Shown: positions 42,701 to 54,400 of the stretch, piece by piece
Layout: each line of letters opens with the position of its first letter
How positions within the stretch are numbered: the stretch's first letter is position 1
Assembly (NCBI GenBank): GCA_964019335.1
Contig: OZ025717.1
Span: 186,001 to 250,000 of the forward strand
Source of the DNA: Diplonema japonicum
Lineage: Eukaryota; Protista; Euglenozoa: Diplonemea
Length of the DNA stretch: 64,000 nucleotides
Direction of reading: 5' to 3'
Notes under the pieces: generated by a model
Told to the model about the DNA's origin: nothing
Databases searched by the model: none
What the model saw: only the letters and a program-made list of their open reading frames with translations
Translations under genes and position numbers: made by a program

Positions 42701-43708
42701 TCCTGATGAAGAAACAGGCCTGGGGGATGCCTGGCAATCGTTCCCCGAGCTTGGCCAGTCTGCACTACGATGCTTGCCGTCACCACACCACACGGTGCCG
42801 TAGTCGAGCAAGGACCCGTCCTCCCACGCAAAGGGTTGGGACATGGAGCTCACCAAGCCCCCCCAGACAGAGGTCCCGGATGTTCTGTGGATAAAAAAGG
42901 TATCGTCGAGACCGGAGTGGACCGAAGAGGGGGATGCAGTGGGGTGGGTGGCGGAACACACGGCAGGGTTGTATTGCTCGAGGGTCCCAGTCACGAAATG
43001 GCACATGCCTTCATAGAGAGCACTCCGGACGCAAGGATAAGGCCCCGTTTGCATGGTCACCCCGTAGAAAGTGGTGGAACTAATGGAGTTTTCATTGCGC
43101 CAATTATATTGAAGTTTTAGTCTTCTGCAACCCAAGGAAAACATAGCAGCACGAAACGCTCGGCCGTAGGAGTAGGTTCCCACTCGGTTGCCATTAACTT
43201 CATAAATAACGGTTCTTGTTTTGGGGTCCACGGAGAACACGAAGTAAGACCACTCTGCGCTTCGAGTGACAACTACGCTGGCTTTCGAACTGCTTCGGAG
43301 TGAAATTGTGTTGCCAGCTGAGAAAAGTTCGAGAACATTGCTGCTGTCACCGACCCCGTTGTTATCATCTACCCAGGAAAAGATGGTTTGTTCATTTGAG
43401 CTGTAACCAGGACGGACCCAGAATGATAATATTGTTTCATCCCTCAACAGCAATTCTGTTCTGTGGCTGTTAACCGGAAACATGCATGCGCCACCAAAAC
43501 CCGTACTCTCCACCACACGAACACCTATAGGGTCTGACATGAACCTGAGACCTGACCAGCTCAAGTCATGCCTGTTGCCACTGCTATCCTTGAAGGTTCC
43601 GCTGTAAAGCCACTTCGCCACCACACTGCCTTGTGTCAGGCTAATGTTTGCCACTGCGAAAAACATGATAGCTAGTTTATATATATATGCTCCCCATTTT
43701 TTTTGCAT
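39725..43708 (-). CDS. R7: lectin-mucin-7TM receptor-like paralog
   Basis: 1327-aa ORF with the same architecture and the invariant CEVEDIDLGGGEPLDWEFHPLG motif. Confidence 0.92.
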   Translation of the reverse strand: MQKKWGAYIYKLAIMFFAVANISLTQGSVVAKWLYSGTFKDSSGNRHDLSWSGLRFMSDPIGVRVVESTGFGGACMFPVNSHRTELLLRDETILSFWVRPGYSSNEQTIFSWVDDNNGVGDSSNVLELFSAGNTISLRSSSKASVVVTRSAEWSYFVFSVDPKTRTVIYEVNGNRVGTYSYGRAFRAAMFSLGCRRLKLQYNWRNENSISSTTFYGVTMQTGPYPCVRSALYEGMCHFVTGTLEQYNPAVCSATHPTASPSSVHSGLDDTFFIHRTSGTSVWGGLVSSMSQPFAWEDGSLLDYGTVWCGDGKHRSADWPSSGNDCQASPRPVSSSGFMCALYHYARGPGLIDADCSEAHVHMCSFDPSAKLAPPTPVPPTPFPDTNAPATGAPATPFPNTAAPATPFPDTVVPTTPVPDTSVPATPFPDTAAPPTNAPDTSAPVTPFPDTVAPPTKAPDTTAPDTTAPDTTAPDTTAPDTNAPNTSAPATPFPDTAAPQTPFPVTTAPVTPFPDTNAPLTAAPPTPFPDTAAPATPFPDTTAPQTPIPDTSAPATPFPGTVSPPTPAPDTLPPATLVPGTTAAPPTPFPDTAIPTDAPTTPFPDTAAPQTPFPATTAPATPFPDTNAPLTAAPQTPFPATVAPATPFPDTNAPLTSAPPTPFPDTAAPATPFPDTNAPLTAAPVTAAPATPFPDTNAPPTTAPLTPFPDTSSPATTAPTTPFPYTVVPLTVAPDTKAPYTSAPATPFPKTAVPATFPPVTSAPATPFPDTQAPSTAVPGTFSPLTQQPVTAVPTTVPAASPPTQAPKEEAVLTPPTPTPGKVIPASAKKTTKDATSAATAVNPGGAKLAAVIGMDCEVEDIDLGGGEPLDWEFHPLGFGIGDHKQKYFLGAVVSNLGIVVVFFALNYVIAWAQVAWLSVPWETAIFYVRAPGLVYIPMVWLLTGTSIAASNLAFFPSRAPAWVAVVGIVVLALCISLPFLMWFLLLRMDKFKATTAPDPKINEDAAEVVNGFGTKGGDIEMGKEEVGTVYTGWKRRVYILVFGSEVWVRKDGAPDYFVEQYGLFFEQYRYNYHWFSLVEMTQILALSLSSAWKPHNHGMCMFRNVLITLVLFFFFLAIVTLRPYNSTLDMVTGTILSGLMFVAVLLMAIAIGVGGSAVMMKWAAYLLLATALIMMFKGVYDLILYCLDVKIGRRWDAVRAARAGNVDVWKGQQLALPEHHEMSETSWSAVGVLHETEKAETEASSDPSERAGTVVLSYGLRVHSGMKSRSSEIDMQPLLSLLDRPYNEDPVKSGAQPLLGTNKFRRTRRSRTCSPANRRRVTNVLKL

Positions 43709-45217
43709 TTAGGGGGGAAGATTTTCCTGAGAGGGGTGGGTTTCCAAAAAAAAAAAAGGGATTTTCTTTCACATATATTTCCTTTGGTGAACACCAAGAT
43801 AGCATAGGGGGGGGGGGGGGGGGAGGGGGGGGCTAACCCTGACGCTGTTTAAAACGTGGGTGTGCTCCCACCCCCTCACTTTTTTTTTTTGTTTTTTTTT
43901 TTCGAAGAAATATCGCCAGGTTGAGAAGATCACCAGCGAAATTTAAAAATAAAAAAAAAATATTAAAAAAGCGAGGGAGGGGAAGAGAACAAAAAAAAAA
44001 CCCCCCCCTCACTTTAAACACCTTCCTCCTCGTATTTTTTTTTGTTTCCCTGACGAATGGTTTTGAAGGAAAGACGATGATGTGAGAAGCACCACAAGGA
44101 CTCTACAGTCACAACATAACACAGTATAGAAAAACCAAAACAGAAAAGAAAGAAGAAAGAAAAAAAAAGAAATCAAGTAGCAGAGAGTTCACACACTACG
44201 GGAAGGTGAATCAGCCCATCATGATAGGTGAACTGGTAAACGAGAAAACAAGACGAGAAAAAAAAAAAAGTGCATTTATTCACAACAATTATTTTATGCC
44301 ATACAATTCTTTTAACGTGAATAAGAGGTGGTTTTAGTTTACTGTTAATCAATTTTACCCTGTCACCGAAGATATCAAATTTGGCAAAAGAAGTGTCACC
44401 GCCCAAAGTAGGGCGGAACCGTTCTATGAGGCTCACGCCTCGTGCCATGTAACGAGGCATCCCAGGGGGTCAACGGCATACACCGAAGACCGAAGAAATT
44501 GGGATTTTGTGTGAGTGGAACGAAAAATTGAGAAGAGCAAAAATAAAAAACGCAGGTGGGGATGGAGGGGTGGGGGTGAAGCTGTGCCTTCAACCATAAA
44601 TGTTATCGTCACTGGTCAAAAAAATTGAACACAACAATAACTTTTCTTTTTTTTTTTTTTCTTCTTCTCCTCTTTTTTTTTCCTTTCCCAACTTGAGAGA
44701 TGCTGCGAGCAAGAAAAGGAAACAAAAAAAAAGTAGGAGATAGTTTTAAAAAAAAAAAAAAAAACTCCCCTCCCCCCCAGAAGAAGATAAGTAGTAACTA
44801 CTTATCGCGAAACGTAGGGTAGGGTGTACGGGCTTTGACAACAACGAAGGTTCTCTTAGTTGGGGAGAGGAGGAGAGAGAGAGAGAGAGAGAGAGAAACC
44901 GCCCTCGTAGGACTCGAGCCATAGCGGTCAAACATGCATGACTACAAGTTCTAAGCACTCGCTGCACACAGGTGAATAGGAAGAGGGGGAAAAAAATAAG
45001 GGGTGTGCGCACGTATAATAAAAACAGTGCTTTCTTTTTATTTGGGTCAATCAGCTAGCTGACACGTAGCGGGGCTCATTCAAATTCTTTACCCCTGCCC
45101 CATAGATATTCCTTTTCTTTATCACCGCTGTCCAGAGGGGGGGAATCCACAATCGATCGAGATATAAATTTAGGAAAAAAAAAAAGTTCATAATATTTTT
45201 TTTGGGGGGGGAACCAC

Positions 45218-48200
45218 TTAAATGGCTACAATCTTCGCAAGGTTTTTTCGGCTTGACGGGGGGGTGGTGGTCGAACGTAAACTAGACTTTTTTGAACCTG
45301 TCAGCAACAGGGGATCTGCTTTCTTGTACACTGGCCTCGATATAAGGGTTTGCAAAGCTGAGAAATCAAGGTCCGATCCTACTCTTCTCATTTTCCCGCT
45401 GTTGTTCCAGTCCTTTGAATAGATCGAGTTGTGCGTTGCAGCCCGTGGTCCCGTCATGGCACGGAGTGACGCCTCCTCGTCCACACTCCAAGATGCCTCG
45501 CTTGCCACCAGTGACATCTCTAACACCCTTTCGTTTCCTTCCATCCTCCCTTTCCACTTCTCCACATTCCCCGCCCTCGCTGCCCGAACAGCATCCCAGC
45601 GCCTTCCTATCTTCACGTCAAGGCAGTACAGGATCAGGTCGTATACTCCTTTGAACATCATCAACAGTGCCGTGAAGAACAGTAGGTACGCCGCCCACTT
45701 CATCATCATCGCATTCCCACCCACCCCAATTGCTATCGCCATCAGCAGGACAGCCACGAACATCAGCCCGCTCATCACAGTCGCTGTTATCATGTCAAGT
45801 GTCGAGTTGTAAGGGCGGAGGGTCACAATCGCCAGGAAGAAGAAGAACAGCAATATTGTAATCAAAATGTTCCTGAACATGCACATCCCATGGTTGTGAG
45901 GCTTCCAAGCAGAGGACAAGGCCAAGGCCAGCATCTGCACCATCTCCACAATGGAGAACCAGTGGAAGTGGTGCCTGTACTGCTCGAAGAAGAGCCCGTA
46001 CTGCTCCACAAAGTAGTCGGGTGCCCCGTCCTTCCGAACCCACACCTCTGACCCATAGACAAGGATGTAAGCAGTGCGCTTCCACCCAGTGTACACTGTC
46101 GCTACTTCTGCCTTCCCTGTCTCAATCCCGTCGCCCTCTTTAGTCCCGAACCCCTTCACGATCTCTGCCGCCTCCTTATTGATCTTCGGGTCGGGAACAG
46201 TTGTTGCCTTGAACTTGCCCCTCCGCAGCAACGTCATCCACATGACGACAGGGAGGGACAAGCAGAGGGTGAGAAAGACAACCCCAACAACAGCAACCCA
46301 GGCGGGTGCCCGAGAGGGGAAGAAGGTGAGGTTCGAGGCCGCAATGCTGGTCCCCATCAGCAGCCAAATCATTGGGATGTAGCCCAGACCAGGTGCCCTG
46401 ACGTAGAAGATTGCCGTTGACAGAGGAACCTGCAAGAACGCCACCTGCACCCATGCTATCGCATAGTTCACTGCAAAGAAGACCACCACAATCCCGAGGT
46501 TGGAGACAACAGCCCCCAAGAAGTACTTCTGCGCGTGGTCCCCGATCCCAATCCCAAGGGGGTGGAACTCCCAATCCAGAGGCTCCCCACCCCCAAGGTC
46601 GATGTCCTCAACCTCGCAGTTCATTCCAATCACAGCAGCAAGTTTCGCACCACCAGGGTTCACTGCCGCAGCTGCTGAAGTTGCACTTTCCGTCGCCTTC
46701 TTCTCAGATGCAGGAATCACCTTCCCAGGGGTAGGTGTCGGAGGGGTGAGAACAGCTTCCTCCTTCGGTGCTTGTGTCGGAGGAGAGGTGACCGGTACCG
46801 TTGTGGGGACAGCCGTCACTGGCTGCTGTGTCAGTGGTGAGAAGGTCCCTGGTACTGCTGTCGAAGGGGCCAGTGTTGATGGCGCTGACGTTGTTGGGGC
46901 AGAGGTGGGAACTGCCGTCGGTGGGAAGGTGTCAGGGGCCGCTGTTGGGAGGGAGGTGGGTGTCGTTGTGGGAACTGCTGTGCTTGGGGAGAAGGTGGAT
47001 GGAACAGAAGTAGGCGTGAGTGTTGTTGGGGGTGTTGTGTCTGGGGCGGATGTTGGTGAAGCTGTGGGAGTGGCAGTGGGTGCCACTGTGTCAGGAAAGG
47101 GTGTGGAAGGAGCGCTTGTGTCGGGGAACGGAGTTGGCGGGGAAGATGTTGTGGGGGCAGAGGTATCGGGGGCATCAGTGGGAACAGCTGTCGGGACAGC
47201 AGTGCTGGGAGGCAGTGTGGGAGCTGCTGTCGGTGCCAGTGTGTCGGGGGCAGGTGATGGAAGTGCCGTAGGTGTCAGGGTGTCAGGGGAGGGTGTGGAG
47301 GGTGAAACGGTGTCGGGGAACGGGGTGGGCGGCGAAGGTGTGGCAGGTGCAGGGGTATCAGGTGCATTCGTGTCAGGGAATGGGGTGGGTGGAGCACGAG
47401 AGATCGGTGCAGGAGTGTCAGGTGCAAGAGTATCGGGAAAGGGTGTAGCGGGGGCCGGGGTGCTGGGGGCAGGTGTGGTGGGAGCTGAAGTGTCAGGAGC
47501 TGAGGTGTCAGGGGCAGGAGTAACAGGAGCTGACGTATCCGGGGCGGGAGTAGCAGGTGCTGAAGTGTCAGGGGCAGGGGTGGTAGGGGCTGAAGTGTCA
47601 GGGGCAGGTGTAGCAGGGGCTGAGGTGTCAGGGGCTGGAGTGGCAGGTGCTGAGGTATCAGGGGCAGGGGTGGTAGGGGCTGAGGTGTCAGGGGCAGGGG
47701 TAGCAGGAGCTGAAGTGTCAGGGGCAGGGGTGGTAGGGGCTGAGGTGTCAGGGGCAGGTGTAGCAGGTGCTGAGGTGTTAGGAGCAGGTGTACTTGGTGC
47801 TGATGTATCTGGCGCGATAGTGGGAGGAGCCAATGTGTCAGGTGCAACTGTTTGGGGGAGCACCCAGGTGTAACAGAGATGCCGTCTTGACTCACTGCAG
47901 TTTTTGTCCAGCAAACCTGGCCCTTTGCTGTAATCGTACCTGGAGCAAAGGTCATGAAGGGAGTCCGGCTGCTCGTTCGAGTCGCAGGTAGTTTTACCAT
48001 CCTCCCAATCGGTCGATTGGTGGTTCACGTCACCGCACCAGACAAGAGGGTAGTCCATGGTTGTCCCATCGGCCCATTCCCAATTGTAGTGTGACTTATT
48101 GTGACGAATGCTCGGGGAGGAAAGGCCGATCCAGTAGTGGGCATCAACGCGGCACCTGCTGTAGATGAGGTCGTCCCAGATGGAGTGGACGCTGACAAGG

Positions 48201-48976
48201 TTGCCCTTGGGGGAGCAGATGTTGGAGTCGAAGGGGCCAGCGGTCTCAAACCAGTGGCACTTCCCATCATAAAAAAAGTCTTTCTGCCCTGTGCAGGGGT
48301 AGGCCCCCTCGTAGTAGGCGACATCGTAAAAGTAAGACCCGGCGCTCATATGGTTGGTGTCAACTGTGTCGGCAACGTAGTCGTATGCACACCCTACGCT
48401 GAACCCTCTGGGCGTGAAGCTGGTTACGGCAATGTCGTCCTTTTTCATATCACCGTTGAACCATATTGTCATTTCGTTCACTTCGAGGCGAAGGGTGTAG
48501 TGGTTCCACTGCGTGGACCCAACGTCGTTTAACACATAGCTGTTCTGGTTCACGTTGCCACCTATGGTCTGCTGGAATACGGCCACGTTTGTGTTTCCAC
48601 TTGCACCCATGAAGAAGGCCAGTCCAAGACGTTTGCCACCGGTTCCTGACCAGGCCAGTATAGTTTGAGGGGTTATTGTTGCTTGGGCTCGAAGCCATAT
48701 GCTGATGACCGTAACTGCAGTAAATGAAAATGAGCCCCCTGTGCTTCTAACATAAGAGCACGACTGGGGTGACCCGTCATATGCACTTGCAGTCTCACCT
48801 GTCCAAGGGTCAGTGGCGGTGCCGTGACCTGACATGACAGTCATGTCATTGCCATTGCCACTGATGTCGCTGCCTGTTCCGTCCGCAAACCACTCCCCTT
48901 TGAGGCTAATCCCTACTGCCGCTGCAATGATACAATGCAATACACAGAGGACCCCTCCTCCATGGGAGTGTATCAT
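45218..48976 (-). CDS. R8: lectin-mucin-7TM receptor-like paralog (R1-type head, QPD lectin motif)
   Basis: The ORF extends to ATG 49081, but ATG 48976 (MIHSHGGGVLCVLHCIIAAAVG) places the signal peptide at the N-terminus. WIGL, WEWADG and QPD lectin motifs are present. Confidence 0.88.
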   Translation of the reverse strand: MIHSHGGGVLCVLHCIIAAAVGISLKGEWFADGTGSDISGNGNDMTVMSGHGTATDPWTGETASAYDGSPQSCSYVRSTGGSFSFTAVTVISIWLRAQATITPQTILAWSGTGGKRLGLAFFMGASGNTNVAVFQQTIGGNVNQNSYVLNDVGSTQWNHYTLRLEVNEMTIWFNGDMKKDDIAVTSFTPRGFSVGCAYDYVADTVDTNHMSAGSYFYDVAYYEGAYPCTGQKDFFYDGKCHWFETAGPFDSNICSPKGNLVSVHSIWDDLIYSRCRVDAHYWIGLSSPSIRHNKSHYNWEWADGTTMDYPLVWCGDVNHQSTDWEDGKTTCDSNEQPDSLHDLCSRYDYSKGPGLLDKNCSESRRHLCYTWVLPQTVAPDTLAPPTIAPDTSAPSTPAPNTSAPATPAPDTSAPTTPAPDTSAPATPAPDTSAPTTPAPDTSAPATPAPDTSAPATPAPDTSAPTTPAPDTSAPATPAPDTSAPVTPAPDTSAPDTSAPTTPAPSTPAPATPFPDTLAPDTPAPISRAPPTPFPDTNAPDTPAPATPSPPTPFPDTVSPSTPSPDTLTPTALPSPAPDTLAPTAAPTLPPSTAVPTAVPTDAPDTSAPTTSSPPTPFPDTSAPSTPFPDTVAPTATPTASPTSAPDTTPPTTLTPTSVPSTFSPSTAVPTTTPTSLPTAAPDTFPPTAVPTSAPTTSAPSTLAPSTAVPGTFSPLTQQPVTAVPTTVPVTSPPTQAPKEEAVLTPPTPTPGKVIPASEKKATESATSAAAAVNPGGAKLAAVIGMNCEVEDIDLGGGEPLDWEFHPLGIGIGDHAQKYFLGAVVSNLGIVVVFFAVNYAIAWVQVAFLQVPLSTAIFYVRAPGLGYIPMIWLLMGTSIAASNLTFFPSRAPAWVAVVGVVFLTLCLSLPVVMWMTLLRRGKFKATTVPDPKINKEAAEIVKGFGTKEGDGIETGKAEVATVYTGWKRTAYILVYGSEVWVRKDGAPDYFVEQYGLFFEQYRHHFHWFSIVEMVQMLALALSSAWKPHNHGMCMFRNILITILLFFFFLAIVTLRPYNSTLDMITATVMSGLMFVAVLLMAIAIGVGGNAMMMKWAAYLLFFTALLMMFKGVYDLILYCLDVKIGRRWDAVRAARAGNVEKWKGRMEGNERVLEMSLVASEASWSVDEEASLRAMTGPRAATHNSIYSKDWNNSGKMRRVGSDLDFSALQTLISRPVYKKADPLLLTGSKKSSLRSTTTPPSSRKNLAKIVAI

Positions 48977-49440
48977 TTCTTTCCCCCTTCCTGTTTTAGG
49001 TTTCTCCCCTTTTCCCCCCCTCCATGTAGCATGTGATGACCCCAACAAATTACAAATACTTGGAACGGTAATCAACCTCATATAAAAAAAGCGGGGGGGA
49101 GAGGTGAGCTAGCAGCGACTCCACCAAAGAAAATACAAATAAAGAGATAAAGGAGGCCGTTGGTGGTGCCTGCCCTATACAAGCACTGTCTACTTGATTA
49201 CAGGGGGGGGCGCACCTCGGCCGATCTGCATTCCGCGTCAAGAGGGGGAGGAGAGAAACAATTTTATTTTTAGGGAAAGGGAGAATAAACCCAAAAGGTG
49301 CTAAGCATTTCGATTTTGTTTCATCCCCATAAGAACGAAGAACGAGGGCAAAAACGAATCGTGTTTTTTTTTCTCTTCTTCTTTTTTTTTTCCTCTCTTT
49401 TTTTCTTTTTTCCTTCATGAAAAGATAGGAAGTGTGAAGG

Positions 49441-49484
<44 letters not shown>

Positions 49485-49522
49485 ACAGCACACACACGTA
49501 ATGAAAAAAAAAAAAAAAAAAA

Positions 49523-49849
49523 ATGGGGCTTTGATTGCAACACTAGGTGGCGTTAAGCGTGCAACGAAGCACGAAATACCTACTTGATTACAGGGGGCGC
49601 TCCTCGGCCGAGCAGTAGCTTCTTCTGCGTTCCGCGTCGTGTCCTTAATGCATGCGGTGTGCTCAACCCTAGCCGGGGCGTCCCGGGTATCCAAGATTCT
49701 GCGCTCGTGCAGTTTGCTGCCTGTTCGTCACCCTGAGCATCTGCGATACGTTCTTCCACTCGGGCGCTACCGGTGATGACCGACGAGGAGGTCAACAGCG
49801 AACAACACATCTGATGTACTTCTTATATTTCCATGTTATCCCCACCACC
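49523..49849. repeat. Dispersed ~330-bp repeat family, longest copy (SINE-like?)
   Basis: Begins ATGGGGCTTTGATTGCAACACTAGGTGGCGTTAAG right after an A-run. Partial copies at 2328-2368, 37280-37322 and 49190-49238. Confidence 0.85.
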
Positions 49850-51354
49850 AAAAAAAGATATATCTGGTAAAACCAACTCATCTGTCTAAAGAACTGGTGT
49901 TCTTTATTCAGACAAGTTGGGACTAGGTGCGCTAGCCTTTAATTGTGCAGAGTTTTCGCCATTTGTTAGGTACAAAAAAATCTTTTTTGAATTATTGAAG
50001 TCCCCTCTGCAATTTTCCGGCTTCGTATGAGAACGAGAAGAAAAAAAAAGGGGGGGGGGAACTGGTTTACAGAGCCCCTCCTCTGGTAGCTGCTGTGCAA
50101 TATATGGGTCTAGGATACCATTGTGTGCCACCGCCCCGTAACCGCTGCCTTGATGGCACTCGGGAAATGGTGCGGGGACGTCCAGTATGCGCCATGCTAC
50201 AATGGTAGGGTTTGCTGGAGAAATCGACATTAAATAAAAAGATGAAAAGCACTGAAATGCCGCGCAGCTACACTAGCACTCCGAAGTTTCCTTCAGGATA
50301 GCTGGAACCAACAAAGGAGTTACGCCAGGTAATAATAATGATTGGAGGCATTGAGATATCGCTACCTGTTTCAAACTTTAAAGGGCGCACACACGGGGCA
50401 TATCGATTGTACCCTGGACCGCTCCTGGTAAAGAGAAAAAGCTGAGGTTCACCTGAGTGCGTGACCTTTTTGTTTTTTTTTTGAGTCGTTTTGAAAAGAC
50501 ACCCACACAAAAAATATTTCACTACTTTACTCGGAATTTTTTTTTTTTTTTGGAACAAGGAAAAAGGATTATAAAAAAAGAACACGCAAAGAAATTTGGG
50601 GGCGGGGGTGGGGGGGTCATATTAACTTTAAAAACGTCGATAAGTCACTTTTTTTCCAGTTTTGCCATGTATTTTTACTACCCAGAATCCCGTTTTTCAC
50701 CTTTTATAGGCTGTTCGACACATTTTTTAGCAAAAAAACTGAAAAAAAGGTGACTTTATCGACCACATGACTCCCCTAGGATCATGTTGGTAAGGAAACG
50801 CGTTTCCAAGCTTTTTTTTTTTGAAAATAAGGAAACGGAAACGGATACGAAAGATTTTCCCGTTTCTTGCCAACATAGCCTTTGGGGGGGGGGGGGGGGG
50901 GGGGGGGCAACGATGACTTGTTTAAATGCGTTATTGTCGAAAAGCACAGTGTATAAAAGCTTTGTATAAAAAGACAGTTAAAGTCTGTGCAATCAAAACA
51001 AAAATTCGCTTCAAGCCTTTAGTAAGGATTAAAAGAACAAAGCCTTTTTTTTATGAAGGAAATAGTTGTCTTCCATAATAAGGATAAGAAAAAGAGGAAA
51101 AGGAAAGAAGTAGGTGAGGCGATAAGGAGGTCCTCCCCCGTCTCGCCCTGACCACATTGAAAAAGAACGAGGGGGGGGGGGGGGGGGGGGAGAGAATATG
51201 GTTCGGAAAGGGAATAAGGAAAGCGTGGCAGTAAAGTTGTTCGTAAACTTTTTTTTACCTGCTTATGTTGCTACCGAGAGCCAAGTCTTCGGCGGCTTCC
51301 CCGGGATGCAAGAACGGAAAAAACGCAAACCTGAGATGATAGGAAAAAAAAAAG

Positions 51355-51397
51355 GGGAGGGAGGGAGGGAGGGAGGGAGGGAGGGAGGGAGGGAGGG
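51355..51397. repeat. (GGGA)n microsatellite immediately 3' of the R9 stop
   Basis: About ten GGGA units are visible. Confidence 0.9.
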
Positions 51398-51411
51398 GAT
51401 GAAAAATTGTC

Positions 51412-54400
51412 TTAAATCGACACAAATCTGCTGCCGATCGACGTTGTAGAGTTAACAGTGGCAGAATTTCTTGCAGCCCATTTCTGTGGGGAGTTGCTTC
51501 TTGTCCTTCGCACTGGGGGTCTGAAGGACGAGGTGCTCTGATCCAACCCGTCCTTTTCCACCTTTTCATACACAGGTCTGTCGATTAAAGTTTTCAGTGC
51601 TGAAAGATTAAGGTCAGAATCGTGCATCTTGCCGATCGGCTTGGTTTGTCTCTGGCTGCTTGAGAACACAGAATGGTAAGTTGCTGCCCTAGGTACTCGT
51701 ACTCTACTAGGAGCACTTGGTACTATCGGTACTGCTGTTCCTAAGACAGGTACAAGGCCCTCATCCATGCTCCAAGATGCCTCGCTTGACGCTAGTAACG
51801 ACATTTCCAGCGCGCTTTCATCGAAGTCCAGCTTCTTCCCTTTCCACTTCTCCACATTCCCCGCCCTCGCTGCCCGAACAGCATCCCAGCGCCTTCCTAT
51901 CTTCACGTCAAGGGCGTACAGGATCAGGTCGTATACTCCTTTGAACATCATCAACAGTGCCGTGAAGAACAGTAGGTACGCCGCCCACTTCATCATCATC
52001 GCATTCCCACCCACCCCAATTGCTATCGCCATCAGCAGGACAGCCACGAACATCAGCCCGCTCATCACAGTCGCTGTTATCATGTCAAGTGTCGAGTTGT
52101 AAGGGCGGAGGGTCACAATCGCCAGGAAGAAGAAGAACAGAACAAGGGTGATCAAGACGTTCCTGAACATGCACATCCCATGGTTGTGAGGCTTCCAAGC
52201 AGAGGACAAGGCCAAGGTCAGCATCTGCACCATCTCCACAATGGAGAACCAGTGGAAGCTGTGCTTGTACTGCTCGAAGAAGAGCCCGTACTGCTCCACA
52301 AAGTAGTCGGGTGCCCCGTCCTTCCGAACCCACACTTCTGACCCATAGACAAGGATGTAAGCAGTGCGCTTCCACCCAGTGTACACTGTCGCTACTTCTG
52401 CCTTCCCTGTCTCAATCCTGTCACCCTCTAATGCCCCGAACCCCTTCACGATCTCTGCTGCATCCTCATTGATCTTCGGGTCGGGAACAGTTGTTGCCTT
52501 GAACTTGCCCCTCCGCAGCAACGTCATCCACATGACGACAGGGAGGGACAAGCAGAGGGTGAGAAAGACAACCCCAACAACAGCAACCCAGGCGGGTGCC
52601 CGAGAGGGGAAGAAGGTGAGGTTCGAGGCCGCCATGCTCGTCCCTGTGAGAAGCCAAATCATTGGGATGTAGACCAGACCAGGTGCCCTGACGTAGAAGA
52701 TTGCCGTTGACAGAGGAACTTTGAAGTACGCCACCTGCACCCATGCTATCGCATAGTTCACTGCAAAGAAGACCACCACAATCCCGAGGTTGGAGACAAC
52801 AGCCCCCAAGAAGTACTTCTGCGCGTGGTCCCCGATCCCAATCCCAAGGGGGTGGAACTCCCAATCCAGAGGCTCCCCACCCCCAAGGTCGATGTCCTCA
52901 ACCTCGCAGTTCATTCCAATCACAGCAGCAAGTTTCGCACCACCAGGGTTCACTGCCGCAGCTGCTGAAGTTGCACTTTCCGTCGCCTTCTTCTCAGATG
53001 CAGGAATCACCTTCCCAGGGGTAGGTGTCGGAGGGGTGAGAACAGCTTCCTCCTTCGGTGCTTGTGTCGGAGGAGAGGTGACCGGTACCGTTGTGGGGAC
53101 AGCCGTCACTGGCTGCTGTGTCAGTGGTGAGAAGGTCCCTGGTACTGCTGTCGAAGGGGCCAGTGTTGATGGCGCTGACGTTGTTGGGGCAGAGGTGGGA
53201 ACTGCCGTCGGTGGGAAGGTGTCAGGGGCCGCTGTTGGGAGGGAGGTGGGTGTCGTTGTGGGAACTGCTGTGCTTGGGGAGAAGGTGGATGGAACAGAAG
53301 TAGGCGTGAGTGTTGTTGGGGGTGTTGTGTCTGGGGCGGATGTTGGTGAAGCTGTGGGAGTGGCAGTGGGTGCCACTGTGTCAGGAAAGGGTGTGGAAGG
53401 AGCGCTTGTGTCGGGGAACGGAGTTGGCGGGGAAGATGTTGTGGGGGCAGAGGTATCGGGGGCATCAGTGGGAACAGCTGTCGGGACAGCAGTGCTGGGA
53501 GGCAGTGTGGGAGCTGCTGTCGGTGCCAGTGTGTCGGGGGCAGGTGATGGAAGTGCCGTAGGTGTCAGGGTGTCAGGGGAGGGTGTGGAGGGTGAAACGG
53601 TGTCGGGGAACGGGGTGGGCGGCGAAGGTGTGGCAGGTGCAGGGGTATCAGGTGCATTCGTGTCAGGGAATGGGGTGGGTGGAGCACGAGAGATCGGTGC
53701 AGGAGTGTCAGGTGCAAGAGTATCGGGAAAGGGTGTAGCGGGGGCCGGGGTGCTGGGGGCAGGTGTGGTGGGAGCTGAAGTGTCAGGAGCTGAGGTGTCA
53801 GGGGCAGGAGTAACAGGAGCTGACGTATCCGGGGCGGGAGTAGCAGGTGCTGAAGTGTCAGGGGCAGGGGTGGTAGGGGCTGAAGTGTCAGGGGCAGGTG
53901 TAGCAGGGGCTGAGGTGTCAGGGGCTGGAGTGGCAGGTGCTGAGGTATCAGGGGCAGGGGTAGCAGGAGCTGAGGTGTCAGGGGCAGGTGTAATTGGTGC
54001 TGATGTATCTGGCGCGATAGTGGGAGGAGCACCCGTCTCAGGAAGAGGAGTAAAAGGTGCCACAGTATCCGGGAACGGCGTAGCTGGCGCTGCCGTATCT
54101 GGAAAAGGTGTCGCTGGAGCACCTGTATCAGGAAAGGGCGTAGGAGGCGCCGCTGTGTCCGGAAAAGGTGTATCAGGGGCCAAGGTAGTCAAAGGGTTGA
54201 ATGCGCACATGTGGCTGTATAGCTCACTGCAGTCAACATCGATGAGGCCAGGGCCCAGGGAGCGGTCGAGTACTGTGCACATGGTAGAGGAGTTCCCCGG
54301 CATGGGATTGGTTTCGCAAGCACTGCCAGAAGTGCTCCAGTATGCAGTTCGGTGCTGCGCATCGCCGCACCACACTGTAGTATAGTCCAGCGGCGTAGCG

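Noticed and set aside
44399-44458. Two small GC-rich hairpins (6- and 7-bp stems)
   Set aside because: Too short to exceed chance, and no second copy was found in the window.
47490-47800. Regular 30-bp repeats resembling a CRISPR array
   Set aside because: In-frame coding repeats (TPAPDTSAPx) with no unique spacers and no cas genes.
3991-54385. Long plus-strand Gly/Val/Ala-rich ORFs (METTAPKKYF…) and other recurring short ORFs within the receptor genes
   Set aside because: Antisense or alternate-frame shadows of the Pro/Thr stalk and TM codons; they recur only because the genes are duplicated.
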